Below are positions 19,833-29,063 of a stretch of 50,259 bases of DNA, one piece after another. The stretch covers positions 1-50,259 of the forward strand of contig CAZXJX010000001.1 of NCBI GenBank assembly GCA_964641235.1, read 5' to 3'. Position 1 is the first letter of the stretch, and every line of letters begins with the position of its first letter. The position numbers and the translations under genes are program-made. Origin of the DNA: an uncultured Planctomycetia bacterium. Lineage in GTDB: Bacteria; Omnitrophota; Gorgyraeia; Pluralincolimonadales; CAZUZR01. A model generated the notes under the pieces. That model ran no database searches. It saw nothing but the letters and a program-made list of their open reading frames with translations, and was not told the origin of the DNA.

Positions 19833-20965
19833 AAGAATTAGAAATTGAGACTTTAGCTCCTTATGCCATGAAGGCGAGAGGTTCGAGAGGCAGGGCTCAT
19901 AAAGAAGAAGAGCACCCTTACAGGAGTTGTTATCAGCGGGACAGGGACAGGATTATCCATTCGACCGCATTCCGGCGCCTTGAATACAAAACCCAGGTCT
20001 TCGTAAATCACGAAGGCGATTATTATCGCACGCGCCTTACTCATACCCTTGAGGTCACGCAGATTGCTACCTCAATCGCCCGGGCTCTAAAATTAAATGC
20101 GGATTTAGTCGAGGCCATAGCGCTTGCCCACGATATCGGGCATCCTCCCTTCGGCCATTCCGGAGAGGATGAGCTTCATGATTTAATGAAGGACCACGGA
20201 GGGTTTGACCATAATCTTCAGGGGCTTAGAGTCGTAGATTTTCTAGAGGAGCGATATCCGAATTTTAAGGGGCTAAATTTAACCTGGGAAGTAAGGGAAG
20301 GCATTAATAAACATACGACACCGTTCGACCATCCGCATAGGTTGATAGAGTTAGAGCCGGAGAAGTCCCCGACCTTAGAGGCGCAAGTTGTGGATTTAGC
20401 GGATGAAATCGCTTATGACAATCATGATTTAGACGACGGCATAACATCAGGGTTAATTAAAGAGGAAGAGTTGTCCGAAATTCCTTTGTGGAAAAAGATG
20501 CGCGACAGAATAATCAGTTCATATTCAAATTTAAAAGACGAAATAAGAAAATATCAGATTGTAAGAGCGCTTATAAATAAAGAAGTAACCGACCTTATCG
20601 CCGAATCTGAAAATAGGATAAAGAAATTTAATATCAGGACGTCGGAAGATGCCAGGAAAATATCCGAACGAATCATGGCATTTTCTCCGGCGTTAATAGA
20701 AGAAAGAGCACCACTTAAGAAATTTCTATTGGAAAATTTGTATATGCATCATAAAGTAATCAGGATGGCAGATAAATCGCGCAGATTCATTCGCGAACTT
20801 TTCAATGTCTACTTGTCAAAACCCGAACAGCTTCCTCCTACGAGCAGAGAACGCCTAAAAGTCGAGGAGCCGCGGCGAGTGATTTGCGATTATCTCGCAG
20901 GCATGACCGATAGATACGCCTTGGACGAATATATAAAATTATTCCATCCTTATGAGAAGACATGA
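19811..20965 (+). CDS. dgt: dGTPase-like deoxynucleoside triphosphate triphosphohydrolase (HD domain)
   Basis: RDRDRIIHS.AFRRL..KTQVF, RLTHTLEV and LAHDIGHPPFGH blocks. Confidence 0.85.
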   Translation: MLGRQEIEELEIETLAPYAMKARGSRGRAHKEEEHPYRSCYQRDRDRIIHSTAFRRLEYKTQVFVNHEGDYYRTRLTHTLEVTQIATSIARALKLNADLVEAIALAHDIGHPPFGHSGEDELHDLMKDHGGFDHNLQGLRVVDFLEERYPNFKGLNLTWEVREGINKHTTPFDHPHRLIELEPEKSPTLEAQVVDLADEIAYDNHDLDDGITSGLIKEEELSEIPLWKKMRDRIISSYSNLKDEIRKYQIVRALINKEVTDLIAESENRIKKFNIRTSEDARKISERIMAFSPALIEERAPLKKFLLENLYMHHKVIRMADKSRRFIRELFNVYLSKPEQLPPTSRERLKVEEPRRVICDYLAGMTDRYALDEYIKLFHPYEKT

Positions 20966-21656
20966 CAAAGTAATTTATATTCTGCTTTTTGTTTTTATGC
21001 TCATAGCCCTTTTATTCTCACCCTTAACTTCTTATTTATTAAAGGACTTAATAATTTCGAAATTGGAAAAGAGCCTTGATATGAACATCGTATTGGGCAA
21101 GACCGAACTTAACTTTCCTTCCAGGCTTAACATATATAGTATCAAGGTCGTGGGTAAATATGGGCCGGCCTTCGTTGCGGAAAACGCAGATCTTCAATTC
21201 AATATCTCACAACTTCTCAGGGCGAAAGTAGTCTTAAATTGTAATTTTCAAAAAGTAAGACTGGAATCTGAACTGCGGGGACGTTTAAACAGCATCCTAA
21301 CACCGTTTGGGGTCGAGCCGCAGGATCTTTACGTCTTTGATGATGTAAAAGGAGCGATAACGATAACGAAAGGCGTTTTCGTTATCGACGATTTAAAGGC
21401 GCAGGGTCCCGATTTTAAACTTTCTGGAAATTTTTTGCGCACAAAAAGTAAAGAGGTCAATTATGATATCGAATTTAATATAAACAAGCGAGTTATAAAT
21501 ATCGCGGAAAAACAAACAATCCCCCTTTTGATAGATGAAGACGGCGATGGCTGGTCTACAATTAAACTTTCGATAAAAGGCGATCCGCGCAATCCCTCCA
21601 GCATATTTTTCTCGACGGGCGGTATAAAATTGCAGGTCAAGCCCGATGAACAATAA
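20952..21656 (+). CDS. Hypothetical membrane-anchored protein
   Basis: Single N-terminal TM helix and a beta-rich remainder. No motif I recognise. Confidence 0.4.
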   Translation: MRRHDKVIYILLFVFMLIALLFSPLTSYLLKDLIISKLEKSLDMNIVLGKTELNFPSRLNIYSIKVVGKYGPAFVAENADLQFNISQLLRAKVVLNCNFQKVRLESELRGRLNSILTPFGVEPQDLYVFDDVKGAITITKGVFVIDDLKAQGPDFKLSGNFLRTKSKEVNYDIEFNINKRVINIAEKQTIPLLIDEDGDGWSTIKLSIKGDPRNPSSIFFSTGGIKLQVKPDEQ

Positions 21657-24600
21657 AATTCTTCGAGATTTGAATACTGAGCAACTTGAAGCGGTAACGA
21701 CCGCAGGGGGTCCGATATTAATAGTTGCCGGAGCGGGCACAGGCAAAACGAGGGTGATAACGCATAGGCTCGCATATCTAATTGAACGTTATTCCTTGAG
21801 CCCCTCGCAGGTCTTGGCAGTGACTTTTTCCAAAAAGGCAGCTTCGGAAATGTTGGATAGAGTCGAATCGTTGATAGAAGAGCACAAAGATGAGATGTGG
21901 GTTATGACCTTCCATTCGTTTTGCAATAGGATTTTAAGGGACTGGGGGTTCGAAATAGGGCTGCCTTCAAAATTTCGATTATTGGATCGAATAGAGCAAT
22001 GGATCTTCTTCAAAGGCATCCTGGGAGATTTAAACCTCAAACATTATCTTAAACTTGCGGACCCGGCAGACTGCATACACGGTTTCTTGAGGTTCATAGG
22101 TCGGGCAAAAGATGAACTCATTTTTCCGGAGGAATACGTTGCCTATGCGAAATCGATAGAAGATGAAGCCGAACGGGAAAAGCAGGCGGAAACAGCAAGG
22201 GTCTATGAGATATATCAACGTAAGATGAAAGATTCCGGTTGTTTAGATTTCGGGGATTTAATATTGAACACCATTCGGCTTTTTAAGGAACATCCCGATA
22301 TACTGGATAAATACCGCACTCAATTTCAACATATCTTGGTGGACGAATTTCAGGATACCAATATTGCGCAGATAGAGTTAATCGCTTTGTTGGCTAATGA
22401 AGGAAGGAATATCTGCGCCGTAGGGGATGACGATCAGGGCATATATAGATTTAGGGGGGCTTCTTATGCCAGTTTCCTGAAATTCAAGGAGAAATTTCCG
22501 GACGTAAAATCGTTGCGCCTTACCCAAAATTACCGTTCCACTAAAAAAATTTTACAAGTCGCAGGTAGGTTAATAAAATACAACGACCCTGATAGATACG
22601 ACGCGGATAAAGCACTTTGGACAAAAAGCCCATCCGGCGCGGATGTTGAATTGATAAATGTCTCAAGCTATGCCCAAGAGGCGAGGATAGTGGTCGATAA
22701 AATAAAATCCATTTATGCCTCGTTGCCGGAAAAAGAGCGCTCCTATTCGGATTTTGCGATTTTGTATAGGGCCCATTCTCATAGGGCCGAAGCGATAAAG
22801 AGATTAACGGTTGAGAAGATCCCTCATATCGTAATCGGCGGTTTAAGCCTATTTGAGGAGGAGGAGGTCAAAGATATAATTTCATATTTACGCCTTATGG
22901 ATAATCCGAAGGATTCTTTAAGTTTCTTTAGGGCATGCTCTATCCCTCATCATGCGATCGACTTTGCCGAAATGATTAAATTAAATACATTCGCTAAAGA
23001 TTACGGCATATCGTTATACGATGCGTTGGATAAATTGGACCAAATTAACATAAGCGAAAATGCCAAGTCGAAATTATCGTCATTTAAGCATATGTTAGAC
23101 GATTTAATACATACCGCTCATAAAGGCGAATTAGGAGAAATCGTTACTAAATTATTCGATGAGACCCGATATGTTTTGAATTTGACTTCGAATTTGGTAA
23201 GGGAAAACGAAGCAAGGGTTTTAAATATTGCGCGATTTCAGAGATTTATGAATCAATATTTAGAAGAACACCAAGACCATGGCCTGACTTCCTTTTTGGG
23301 ATATCTTAATTCATATATAGAAGCCGGCGGCAGTTTAGAAGAGAGCGAACTCATCGAGGGGGCGCAGGGCGTTTGGCTTATGACCGTTCATCAAGCGAAG
23401 GGCCTTGAGTTTAAATACGTCTTTGTCATCAGCCTGGTTCAAAACCGTTTCCCCACGAGAAGGAGGCCTGAACAGATATCTTTTCCGGAAGAGCTGATGA
23501 AGGAAAAATTGCCACGAGGTGATTATCAAACGCAGGAGGAACGCCGCTTATGCTACGTTTCTATAACGAGGGCAAAGGAGAAACTTCACCTATCCTTCGT
23601 CGATAAGCCTCATCAGAAAGCCTCGCGGTTTATCAACGAGATCATAAAACCGAAAGACAAAGCTATCAAGGTAATCGATGCCGATGAATTAGAAGAGGAT
23701 TTAACGGACGTGCTCGATGTAGGGCTTACCACATCCGATATAGCAAGATTTAAGCGTCAACAAAAAATTTCCGATATTATCGCCGCCTTTCTAAAAAGCC
23801 CGAGCAAAGACGCGATCCCGGGATACCTGAAGAGGTTAGAAGGCGAATTACATAAGATGACCGAAGACGAAAAACCGGTCCTCGAGTCCGGCGCCCATAT
23901 CTTATTGGGAACGACCCATATAACTATACCTAAAGTATTAAGATTAAGTTATACTCAAATAAGCACTTATAAAATCTGCCCCCTAAAATATAAATTTGCT
24001 TATATTTATAATATCCCCGGCAAGCCCAGCGCCGCAAGGCAATTCGGTACCGATATTCATAATGTCTTAAAGGAATTTTATGGCAAATGTAAGGAGGGCG
24101 TAATCTTAAGCCTCGATGAACTACTGGAGGTCTTTGAGAGATATTGGACGCCCGCAGGTTATCCGAATAAAATCCAGGCGCATTCTTACAAATCAGAAGG
24201 CGAGCGCATCCTTCGGGAATTCTACAAAAATAACGAGGGTAACTTTAAGGCGCCGCTTTATGTTGAGGAAGAATTTCTATTTAAAGTCGACGGTCACGGA
24301 GTAAAGGGGTTCATAGACCGCATAGACCAATTATCCGACGGAACTGTCGAGATAGTAGATTATAAAACAGGCGAACCACGGGAGAATTCCAATTACAGTA
24401 AAAGGGAGATACAGTTAGACATTTACGCGATGGCGACCGAAGAGGTGCTAAAATTACGCCCAAGCAAATTAAGTTTATATTATTTGAAGACGAACGAAAT
24501 TGTCTCAAAAGTCCGTAACGAGGACGATCTAACTGCCGCAAAGGAACTGATAGAGGAGGTTATGAAGAGTATCGTCGAGAAGAATTTTGAACCTACGCCT

Positions 24601-24660
24601 GGGTTCGTCTGTAGTTGGTGCGATTATCCCATTGTTTGCCCTGCCTATAAAAAAATTTAA
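21646..24660 (+). CDS. UvrD/PcrA-type SF1 helicase fused to a C-terminal PD-(D/E)XK, Cas4/AddB-like Fe-S nuclease domain
   Basis: Helicase motifs AGAGTGKT, VDEFQDTN, QNYRS, TVHQAKGLEF and VSITRAK. The C-terminus has KICPLKY...IDRID...VDYKTG...QLDIYA...CSWCDYPIVCP (four Cys). Confidence 0.85.
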   Translation: MNNKILRDLNTEQLEAVTTAGGPILIVAGAGTGKTRVITHRLAYLIERYSLSPSQVLAVTFSKKAASEMLDRVESLIEEHKDEMWVMTFHSFCNRILRDWGFEIGLPSKFRLLDRIEQWIFFKGILGDLNLKHYLKLADPADCIHGFLRFIGRAKDELIFPEEYVAYAKSIEDEAEREKQAETARVYEIYQRKMKDSGCLDFGDLILNTIRLFKEHPDILDKYRTQFQHILVDEFQDTNIAQIELIALLANEGRNICAVGDDDQGIYRFRGASYASFLKFKEKFPDVKSLRLTQNYRSTKKILQVAGRLIKYNDPDRYDADKALWTKSPSGADVELINVSSYAQEARIVVDKIKSIYASLPEKERSYSDFAILYRAHSHRAEAIKRLTVEKIPHIVIGGLSLFEEEEVKDIISYLRLMDNPKDSLSFFRACSIPHHAIDFAEMIKLNTFAKDYGISLYDALDKLDQINISENAKSKLSSFKHMLDDLIHTAHKGELGEIVTKLFDETRYVLNLTSNLVRENEARVLNIARFQRFMNQYLEEHQDHGLTSFLGYLNSYIEAGGSLEESELIEGAQGVWLMTVHQAKGLEFKYVFVISLVQNRFPTRRRPEQISFPEELMKEKLPRGDYQTQEERRLCYVSITRAKEKLHLSFVDKPHQKASRFINEIIKPKDKAIKVIDADELEEDLTDVLDVGLTTSDIARFKRQQKISDIIAAFLKSPSKDAIPGYLKRLEGELHKMTEDEKPVLESGAHILLGTTHITIPKVLRLSYTQISTYKICPLKYKFAYIYNIPGKPSAARQFGTDIHNVLKEFYGKCKEGVILSLDELLEVFERYWTPAGYPNKIQAHSYKSEGERILREFYKNNEGNFKAPLYVEEEFLFKVDGHGVKGFIDRIDQLSDGTVEIVDYKTGEPRENSNYSKREIQLDIYAMATEEVLKLRPSKLSLYYLKTNEIVSKVRNEDDLTAAKELIEEVMKSIVEKNFEPTPGFVCSWCDYPIVCPAYKKI

Positions 24661-24720
24661 AAAAGTCTTTGTATTTTTACGGCAGTTATGTTATAATTAA
24701 AATTCCACGGAGTTAATTTT

Positions 24721-25335
24721 ATGATACCGGCGAACTTACAAAAGCAACAAGAGCTTTTCGAAGAATTCGTAATCAGGGAAAAGAGAAAAGGTAGATTTCT
24801 GGGCGCATTCAGGTTTAAAAAACCTCTCTTCCCGCAACATCGATTAAATATAGCTATTTCGTACGAAGCGTTAATAATCGGTTTGATAGGCTTGGTTTTG
24901 ACTGCGAGCGTCGTCTTTTCATTAGGCGTGGAAAGAGGCAGGAATTTAGAATTCGTCGAATTGCCTTTAAAGGATAAGGGCTTGCAACCGGTGACCGAGA
25001 CCAAAATTAATGAGGTTCAAGTCCAGCCTGCGGAAAAGGCCTCGGAAGGACAGAAGCAACCCGAAGTTAAACCCAAGGAACAAGAAATAGAAAAGACGGT
25101 TCCGGTTGCGCCCATAGAGAAGCCGTTCACTATTCAGGTGGCAACATTTAAAACGCGTACTTTAGCAGAAAGGGAATCTTCGCGCCTAAAAAATATAGGA
25201 TATTCTTCCGACGTGCTTAAGAAGAAGGAATTCTTTATCGTTTGTGTCGGCGCGTATGCAAAAAAAGAATTAGCGCAGCAGACTTTAAGGGATTTAAAGC
25301 GAATATATAAAGATTGTTACCTCAGAATACGTTAA
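24721..25335 (+). CDS. SPOR-domain membrane protein
   Basis: One TM helix, a Pro/Glu/Lys linker and a C-terminal SPOR-like FTIQVATFKTRTLAE...LKNIGY...VCVGAY. Confidence 0.7.
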   Translation: MIPANLQKQQELFEEFVIREKRKGRFLGAFRFKKPLFPQHRLNIAISYEALIIGLIGLVLTASVVFSLGVERGRNLEFVELPLKDKGLQPVTETKINEVQVQPAEKASEGQKQPEVKPKEQEIEKTVPVAPIEKPFTIQVATFKTRTLAERESSRLKNIGYSSDVLKKKEFFIVCVGAYAKKELAQQTLRDLKRIYKDCYLRIR

Positions 25336-25353
25336 AGAGAGGAGAGTAAGGTA

Positions 25354-25674
25354 ATGTCGATTCATCCGAGTTTGCGTCCCTCAAAAGGGAGGGGACATAG
25401 ATCCGTATTTAAGAGATTTGAACGTATAAAGATGCTATCCGAAAAAGATAAATGGCGTGAAGGGGAATCTGTATTTGGCTTGCCTAAAGTGAAATCCATT
25501 AAGATAAGAGTCAAGAAAGAAAAAGCCGCGGAAGCAAAACCCGCAACCGAAGCAGTTGCGACATCGACTTCGGAAACAGCGCAAGCTGCGCCGACCCAAG
25601 CCGCAGCAAAACCTCAAGCAACTCCGACCAAGAAAGAGAAGCCAGAACAGGGAAAAGCTAAGGAAACCAAGTGA
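25354..25674 (+). CDS. Small basic protein family member with Ala/Thr/Pro/Lys-rich tail
   Basis: MSIHPSLRPSKGRGHRSVFKRFERI resembles the 'small basic protein' family common in PVC-group bacteria. Low-complexity C-terminus. Confidence 0.5.
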   Translation: MSIHPSLRPSKGRGHRSVFKRFERIKMLSEKDKWREGESVFGLPKVKSIKIRVKKEKAAEAKPATEAVATSTSETAQAAPTQAAAKPQATPTKKEKPEQGKAKETK

Positions 25675-25675
25675 G

Positions 25676-25745
25676 CCCCGTTAGAAATCTTAACAGACGC
25701 AATATCGTTACTAATAATCAAAGTTTGGAGGATTTCTAAACGGGG
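25676..25745 (+). promoter_or_regulatory. Long hairpin spanning the SD-to-start region of the SH3 gene
   Basis: CCCCGTTAGAAATC (25676-25689) pairs with GATTTCTAAACGGGG (25731-25745): 14 bp with one bulge. The 3' arm lies between the GGAG SD and the GTG start at 25745. Confidence 0.5.
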
Positions 25746-26728
25746 TGAAATTATTTTTTGGGGCCAGGCTTATATTTACGATATGCTGTCTGGCCTTTTT
25801 ATTTATTCCATGTTATGCCGTCCAAGGCGCCCTTAAAGGTGAATCCTTTATCGGAACAATTGCCGGCAATCGCGTTAATATACGAGCATCGGATGATATT
25901 TCTTCCGAAGTGCTCTGCCAATTAAACGACGCGGAAGAAGTAAGGGTCGTCGGAGAAGATAAGATGTGGTATAAAGTCGAGCTTCCGAAGAAGGCGTTAG
26001 TTTATATTCATAAAACAAACGTCGAAAGAAAAGACGGCACGGGAATTATAAACGAAGACAAGTCTAACGTCAGGACAGCGGCGACTCAATCTTCAACCAT
26101 TGTGGGGCGGTTAAAGAAAGGCGAAACTATAAAAATCGTCAAAGAATATCTGGATTGGTATGAGATAGAAGCGCCGAAGAATAGCTTCGGTTGGGTCCGT
26201 TCAGACTACGTGAAGAAAAAGGGAAGCAGCGAACCGCATAAGACAGATTTGGTTAAAAATAAGTTGGCAGAATTAAATGAAGCGTATAATCTAGAGTTAA
26301 AGAAACCGTTGCGGCAGATCGATCTTGATGGCGTATTAGAAGAGTACCAAAAATTTATAGTTCAATTTCAAGGTTCTAATGAGGCGCAAGAGGCGACTGA
26401 AAGGATAGCGGAACTTAAGTTGAAGAGAGCCGAATTAGAGCACTTAAAAGCGAAGGAAGAATATGAGGCAAAATTAAAGGGCATCGAATCGCCGCGGCCG
26501 GGGGAGGAACCTCTTGCTACCGGTATAATTGAGGATGTCGGGAAAATTTATCACAGGCGCAGCCAATTTAAATTGGTCAAAGACGGTGAAACGATATGGT
26601 ATCTCGCCAGCAAGAAAGTCGATTTAAATAAATATATAAATTTAAAAGTAAATGTGTGGGGCGTTAAAAAAGAAGCTAAGTCGGTTATGCCATTGATAGA
26701 AGTGGATGCCGTCCAGGTAATTCAATAA
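25745..26728 (+). CDS. Secreted protein with two bacterial SH3 domains and a coiled-coil region
   Basis: Signal peptide. Two repeats of the SH3_3 pattern (VNIRAS........L......V......WYKVELP and SNVRTA....S.IVGRLKKGE.I.IV.E..DWYEIEAP). Confidence 0.6.
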   Translation: MKLFFGARLIFTICCLAFLFIPCYAVQGALKGESFIGTIAGNRVNIRASDDISSEVLCQLNDAEEVRVVGEDKMWYKVELPKKALVYIHKTNVERKDGTGIINEDKSNVRTAATQSSTIVGRLKKGETIKIVKEYLDWYEIEAPKNSFGWVRSDYVKKKGSSEPHKTDLVKNKLAELNEAYNLELKKPLRQIDLDGVLEEYQKFIVQFQGSNEAQEATERIAELKLKRAELEHLKAKEEYEAKLKGIESPRPGEEPLATGIIEDVGKIYHRRSQFKLVKDGETIWYLASKKVDLNKYINLKVNVWGVKKEAKSVMPLIEVDAVQVIQ

Positions 26729-26776
26729 TATTTCAAGGTGCGTAATGAAGGAACTTAAAACCGGCAGCCAAGTTTC

Positions 26777-27409
26777 ATGAGCGATGCCCCTTTGATAGGC
26801 CTTTCAATTTCCATCGCAATATTTGCAGTCGCAATTACAGTTCACGAGTTCGCGCACGGTTGGGTTGCGCATAAATTAGGTGATTCGACTGCAAAATATA
26901 TGGGCAGGCTTACCTTAAACCCATTGGCGCACATCGACCCTATAGGGACGGTTATTTTGCCCATACTGTTAATAATGATGCGCTCGCCCGTAATATTCGG
27001 TTGGGCTAAACCTGTGCCGATAAATTTTTTTAACCTGCGCCATCCGAAGCGCGATATGATTTGGGTGGGACTAGCGGGACCGGTAGCGAATATTACGCTT
27101 GCATTTCTTATGGCCGCATTATTTCGTTTCTTTCCGATTCCGAACGATTCTTTGTTGCAGCAGCTTATCGTAACGGCAATACTTATAAATTTGGTTTTAG
27201 CCGCATTTAATTTAATCCCTGTCCCTCCGCTTGATGGCTCAAGGATACTTTTCGGAGTTTTGCCGCGAAGATATGCGTTCGAATATATACGTTTAGAAAA
27301 TTACGGTTTTTTAGTCATATTAATTTTGCTCTATTTCGGGTTGGTGGATAGGTTTATTTGGCCTACGGTCCTGATATTAGCTAAAATTATCGGGATTGAA
27401 ATTTCTTGA
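26777..27409 (+). CDS. Site-2 protease (M50) family membrane metalloprotease
   Basis: HEFAHG (HExxH) in the first TM region and NLIPVPPLDGSR later. Confidence 0.8.
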   Translation: MSDAPLIGLSISIAIFAVAITVHEFAHGWVAHKLGDSTAKYMGRLTLNPLAHIDPIGTVILPILLIMMRSPVIFGWAKPVPINFFNLRHPKRDMIWVGLAGPVANITLAFLMAALFRFFPIPNDSLLQQLIVTAILINLVLAAFNLIPVPPLDGSRILFGVLPRRYAFEYIRLENYGFLVILILLYFGLVDRFIWPTVLILAKIIGIEIS

Positions 27410-27434
27410 CATCATTAATTTACGGTGATAGGCT
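27406..27434 (+). promoter_or_regulatory. possible cspA promoter
   Basis: TTGACA (27406-27411), 17 nt spacer, TAGGCT (27429-27434). Leaves a ~55-nt leader, as is common for csp genes. Confidence 0.35.
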
Positions 27435-27492
27435 TATTTTAAATCTTAACGGTTTAAGTCTAAAAGAGTAAGGAGGTGAAAAAATAGAAGTA

Positions 27493-27705
27493 ATGGCAGA
27501 AGAAGTTACCGGGGTAGTGAAGTGGTTTTCCAATCAAAAGGGATACGGCTTCATTACGAGAGAGAACAGTGGCAAGGATGTATTTGTTCATCATACAGCG
27601 ATTGCAGGAGATGGATATAAGACCTTGGCGGAAGGCCAAAGGGTCAAGTTCCAGATAGCTCACACCGAGAAGGGTGATCAGGCATCCAACGTAGTTAAAT
27701 TGTAA
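27493..27705 (+). CDS. cspA: Cold-shock protein (CspA family)
   Basis: [15 protein letters not shown] (RNP-1) and DVFVHH (RNP-2). Strong SD AAGGAGGTG. Confidence 0.9.
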   Translation: MAEEVTGVVKWFSNQKGYGFITRENSGKDVFVHHTAIAGDGYKTLAEGQRVKFQIAHTEKGDQASNVVKL

Positions 27706-27733
27706 ACGCGCGTTTATAATTTGGCAACCTCTA

Positions 27734-27774
27734 AGGCCCGAAAGGACTTGCGGCTTTTCGGGCCTTTATTTTTT
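27734..27774 (+). terminator. Rho-independent terminator after cspA
   Basis: AGGCCCGAAAG pairs with CTTTTCGGGCCT, followed by a TTTATTTTTT run. Confidence 0.8.
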
Positions 27775-27779
27775 CGTGC

Positions 27780-27808
27780 TTGACTTTTTTGCGACGGTAT
27801 TTTATACT
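27780..27808 (+). promoter_or_regulatory. aroB promoter
   Basis: TTGACT (27780-27785), 17 nt spacer, TATACT (27803-27808). It lies inside the N-terminal extension of the track ORF. Confidence 0.45.
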
Positions 27809-27829
27809 TATCCCAAACAAGGCAATAGA

Positions 27830-28921
27830 ATGAAAACGATAACAATCCATTTGAAAGAACGAAGCTACCGCATCCTTATACAAAAGAACCTTGACAAATT
27901 ATCTAGTCAACTGAAAGCCCTTCGATTAGGGACAGACGCAGTAATAGTAACAAATCTTCTCATTAACTCCTTATTTGGCAATAGGTTACGGAAATGCCTT
28001 ACAAGAGCGGGTTTAAGAATTAATTTGGCAATTGTGCCGGATTCTGAAAAGGCGAAATCTATCAAAGAAGCAGTAAGGCTCCTGGGTATCGTCTCTAAGC
28101 TTGACGGCAAAAAGAAAAAACTTTTTATTGTTGCTTTTGGGGGCGGCGTTGTCGGGGATTTGGCCGGTTTCGTCGCTTCGATATATAAACGCGGCGTTCC
28201 GTATATCCAGGTTCCGACGACCCTCCTTGCGCAGGTCGATTCCGCAATCGGGGGCAAAACCGCTGTAGATTTGCCGACTGGCAAGAATCTCGTCGGCTCT
28301 TTTTATCAGCCAAAGCTTGTCTATATAAATACATCCTTCCTTGAACGGTTACCCAGACGGGATTTTGTCTCAGGTTTAGCCGAGGTAATAAAATATAGCG
28401 TAATAAAGGATATAGGGCTATTTCATTATCTTGAAAATAATCGGGATGCGATTTTGAAGCGCAAAAAGAGTTGTCTCGTTGAAATTATAGGAAGATGCGC
28501 AAGAATAAAGGCGGATATCGTGTCAGGAGACGAAAAGGAAGAAAAAGCGATACGGACGATATTGAATTTCGGGCATACGATAGGTCACGCCATAGAAACG
28601 GCGGCGGAGTATTCAGATATATATTCTCACGGGGAGGCGATAGCAATTGGAATGATCGCCGTTTCGCGAATATCGAATCAAATGGGTTTTTTGCCCAAGG
28701 GCGATCTATTGCGGATTGAAAATATGATAGGCAGTTTCGGATTGCCGACCAGGTTAAAAAAAATAGGCATCAAAAGAATCTTGGCGGCTTTAGCCTACGA
28801 CAAAAAATTTATTCATGGCGTAACGAGATTCGTCTTGCCGATTAGGATCGGAGAAGTTATTATAAAAGAACGAATACCTGAAGCCGTTATTCGTCAGGAA
28901 TTGAAACGCTCGGGCGATTAG
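27830..28921 (+). CDS. aroB: 3-dehydroquinate synthase
   Basis: GGGVVGDLAGF, QVPTTLLAQVDSAIGGKT, NFGHTIGHAIE and HGEAIAIGM blocks. ATG 27830 is preferred to GTG 27776. Confidence 0.9.
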   Translation: MKTITIHLKERSYRILIQKNLDKLSSQLKALRLGTDAVIVTNLLINSLFGNRLRKCLTRAGLRINLAIVPDSEKAKSIKEAVRLLGIVSKLDGKKKKLFIVAFGGGVVGDLAGFVASIYKRGVPYIQVPTTLLAQVDSAIGGKTAVDLPTGKNLVGSFYQPKLVYINTSFLERLPRRDFVSGLAEVIKYSVIKDIGLFHYLENNRDAILKRKKSCLVEIIGRCARIKADIVSGDEKEEKAIRTILNFGHTIGHAIETAAEYSDIYSHGEAIAIGMIAVSRISNQMGFLPKGDLLRIENMIGSFGLPTRLKKIGIKRILAALAYDKKFIHGVTRFVLPIRIGEVIIKERIPEAVIRQELKRSGD

Positions 28922-28928
28922 CATCTCC

Positions 28929-29063
28929 GTGAAAAAAATTAACGTCCAAACTCATTCAATTGCCCACATAAAGTCGTCTATAATGGGGCCTTCAAAATCG
29001 ATAATAGTAGAAGATGGCAAGTTGTTGCTGGGGACTTGGCAATCAGATAATACCCGCGAATGA
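28929..29063 (+). pseudogene. Remnant of a YjbQ/UPF0047-family gene (internal-to-C-terminal fragment only)
   Basis: The 44-codon frame reads ...HSIAHIKSSIMGPSKSIIVEDGKLLLGTWQSDNTRE. It matches the ..H.K..L.G.S..IPV..G.L.LGTWQ block of ~135-aa YjbQ proteins but lacks the N-terminal two-thirds and the C-terminal tail. Confidence 0.5.

Noticed and set aside
19811-20965. dGTPase as an anti-phage dNTP-depletion defence gene, together with the neighbouring ATPase, phosphoesterase and HIT genes (17157-19832)
   Set aside because: The protein has the widespread housekeeping dGTPase-like architecture and sits in a translationally coupled core-gene run of normal composition. Nothing in the sequence distinguishes it as a defence variant. 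The 561-aa ATPase has only generic P-loop motifs.
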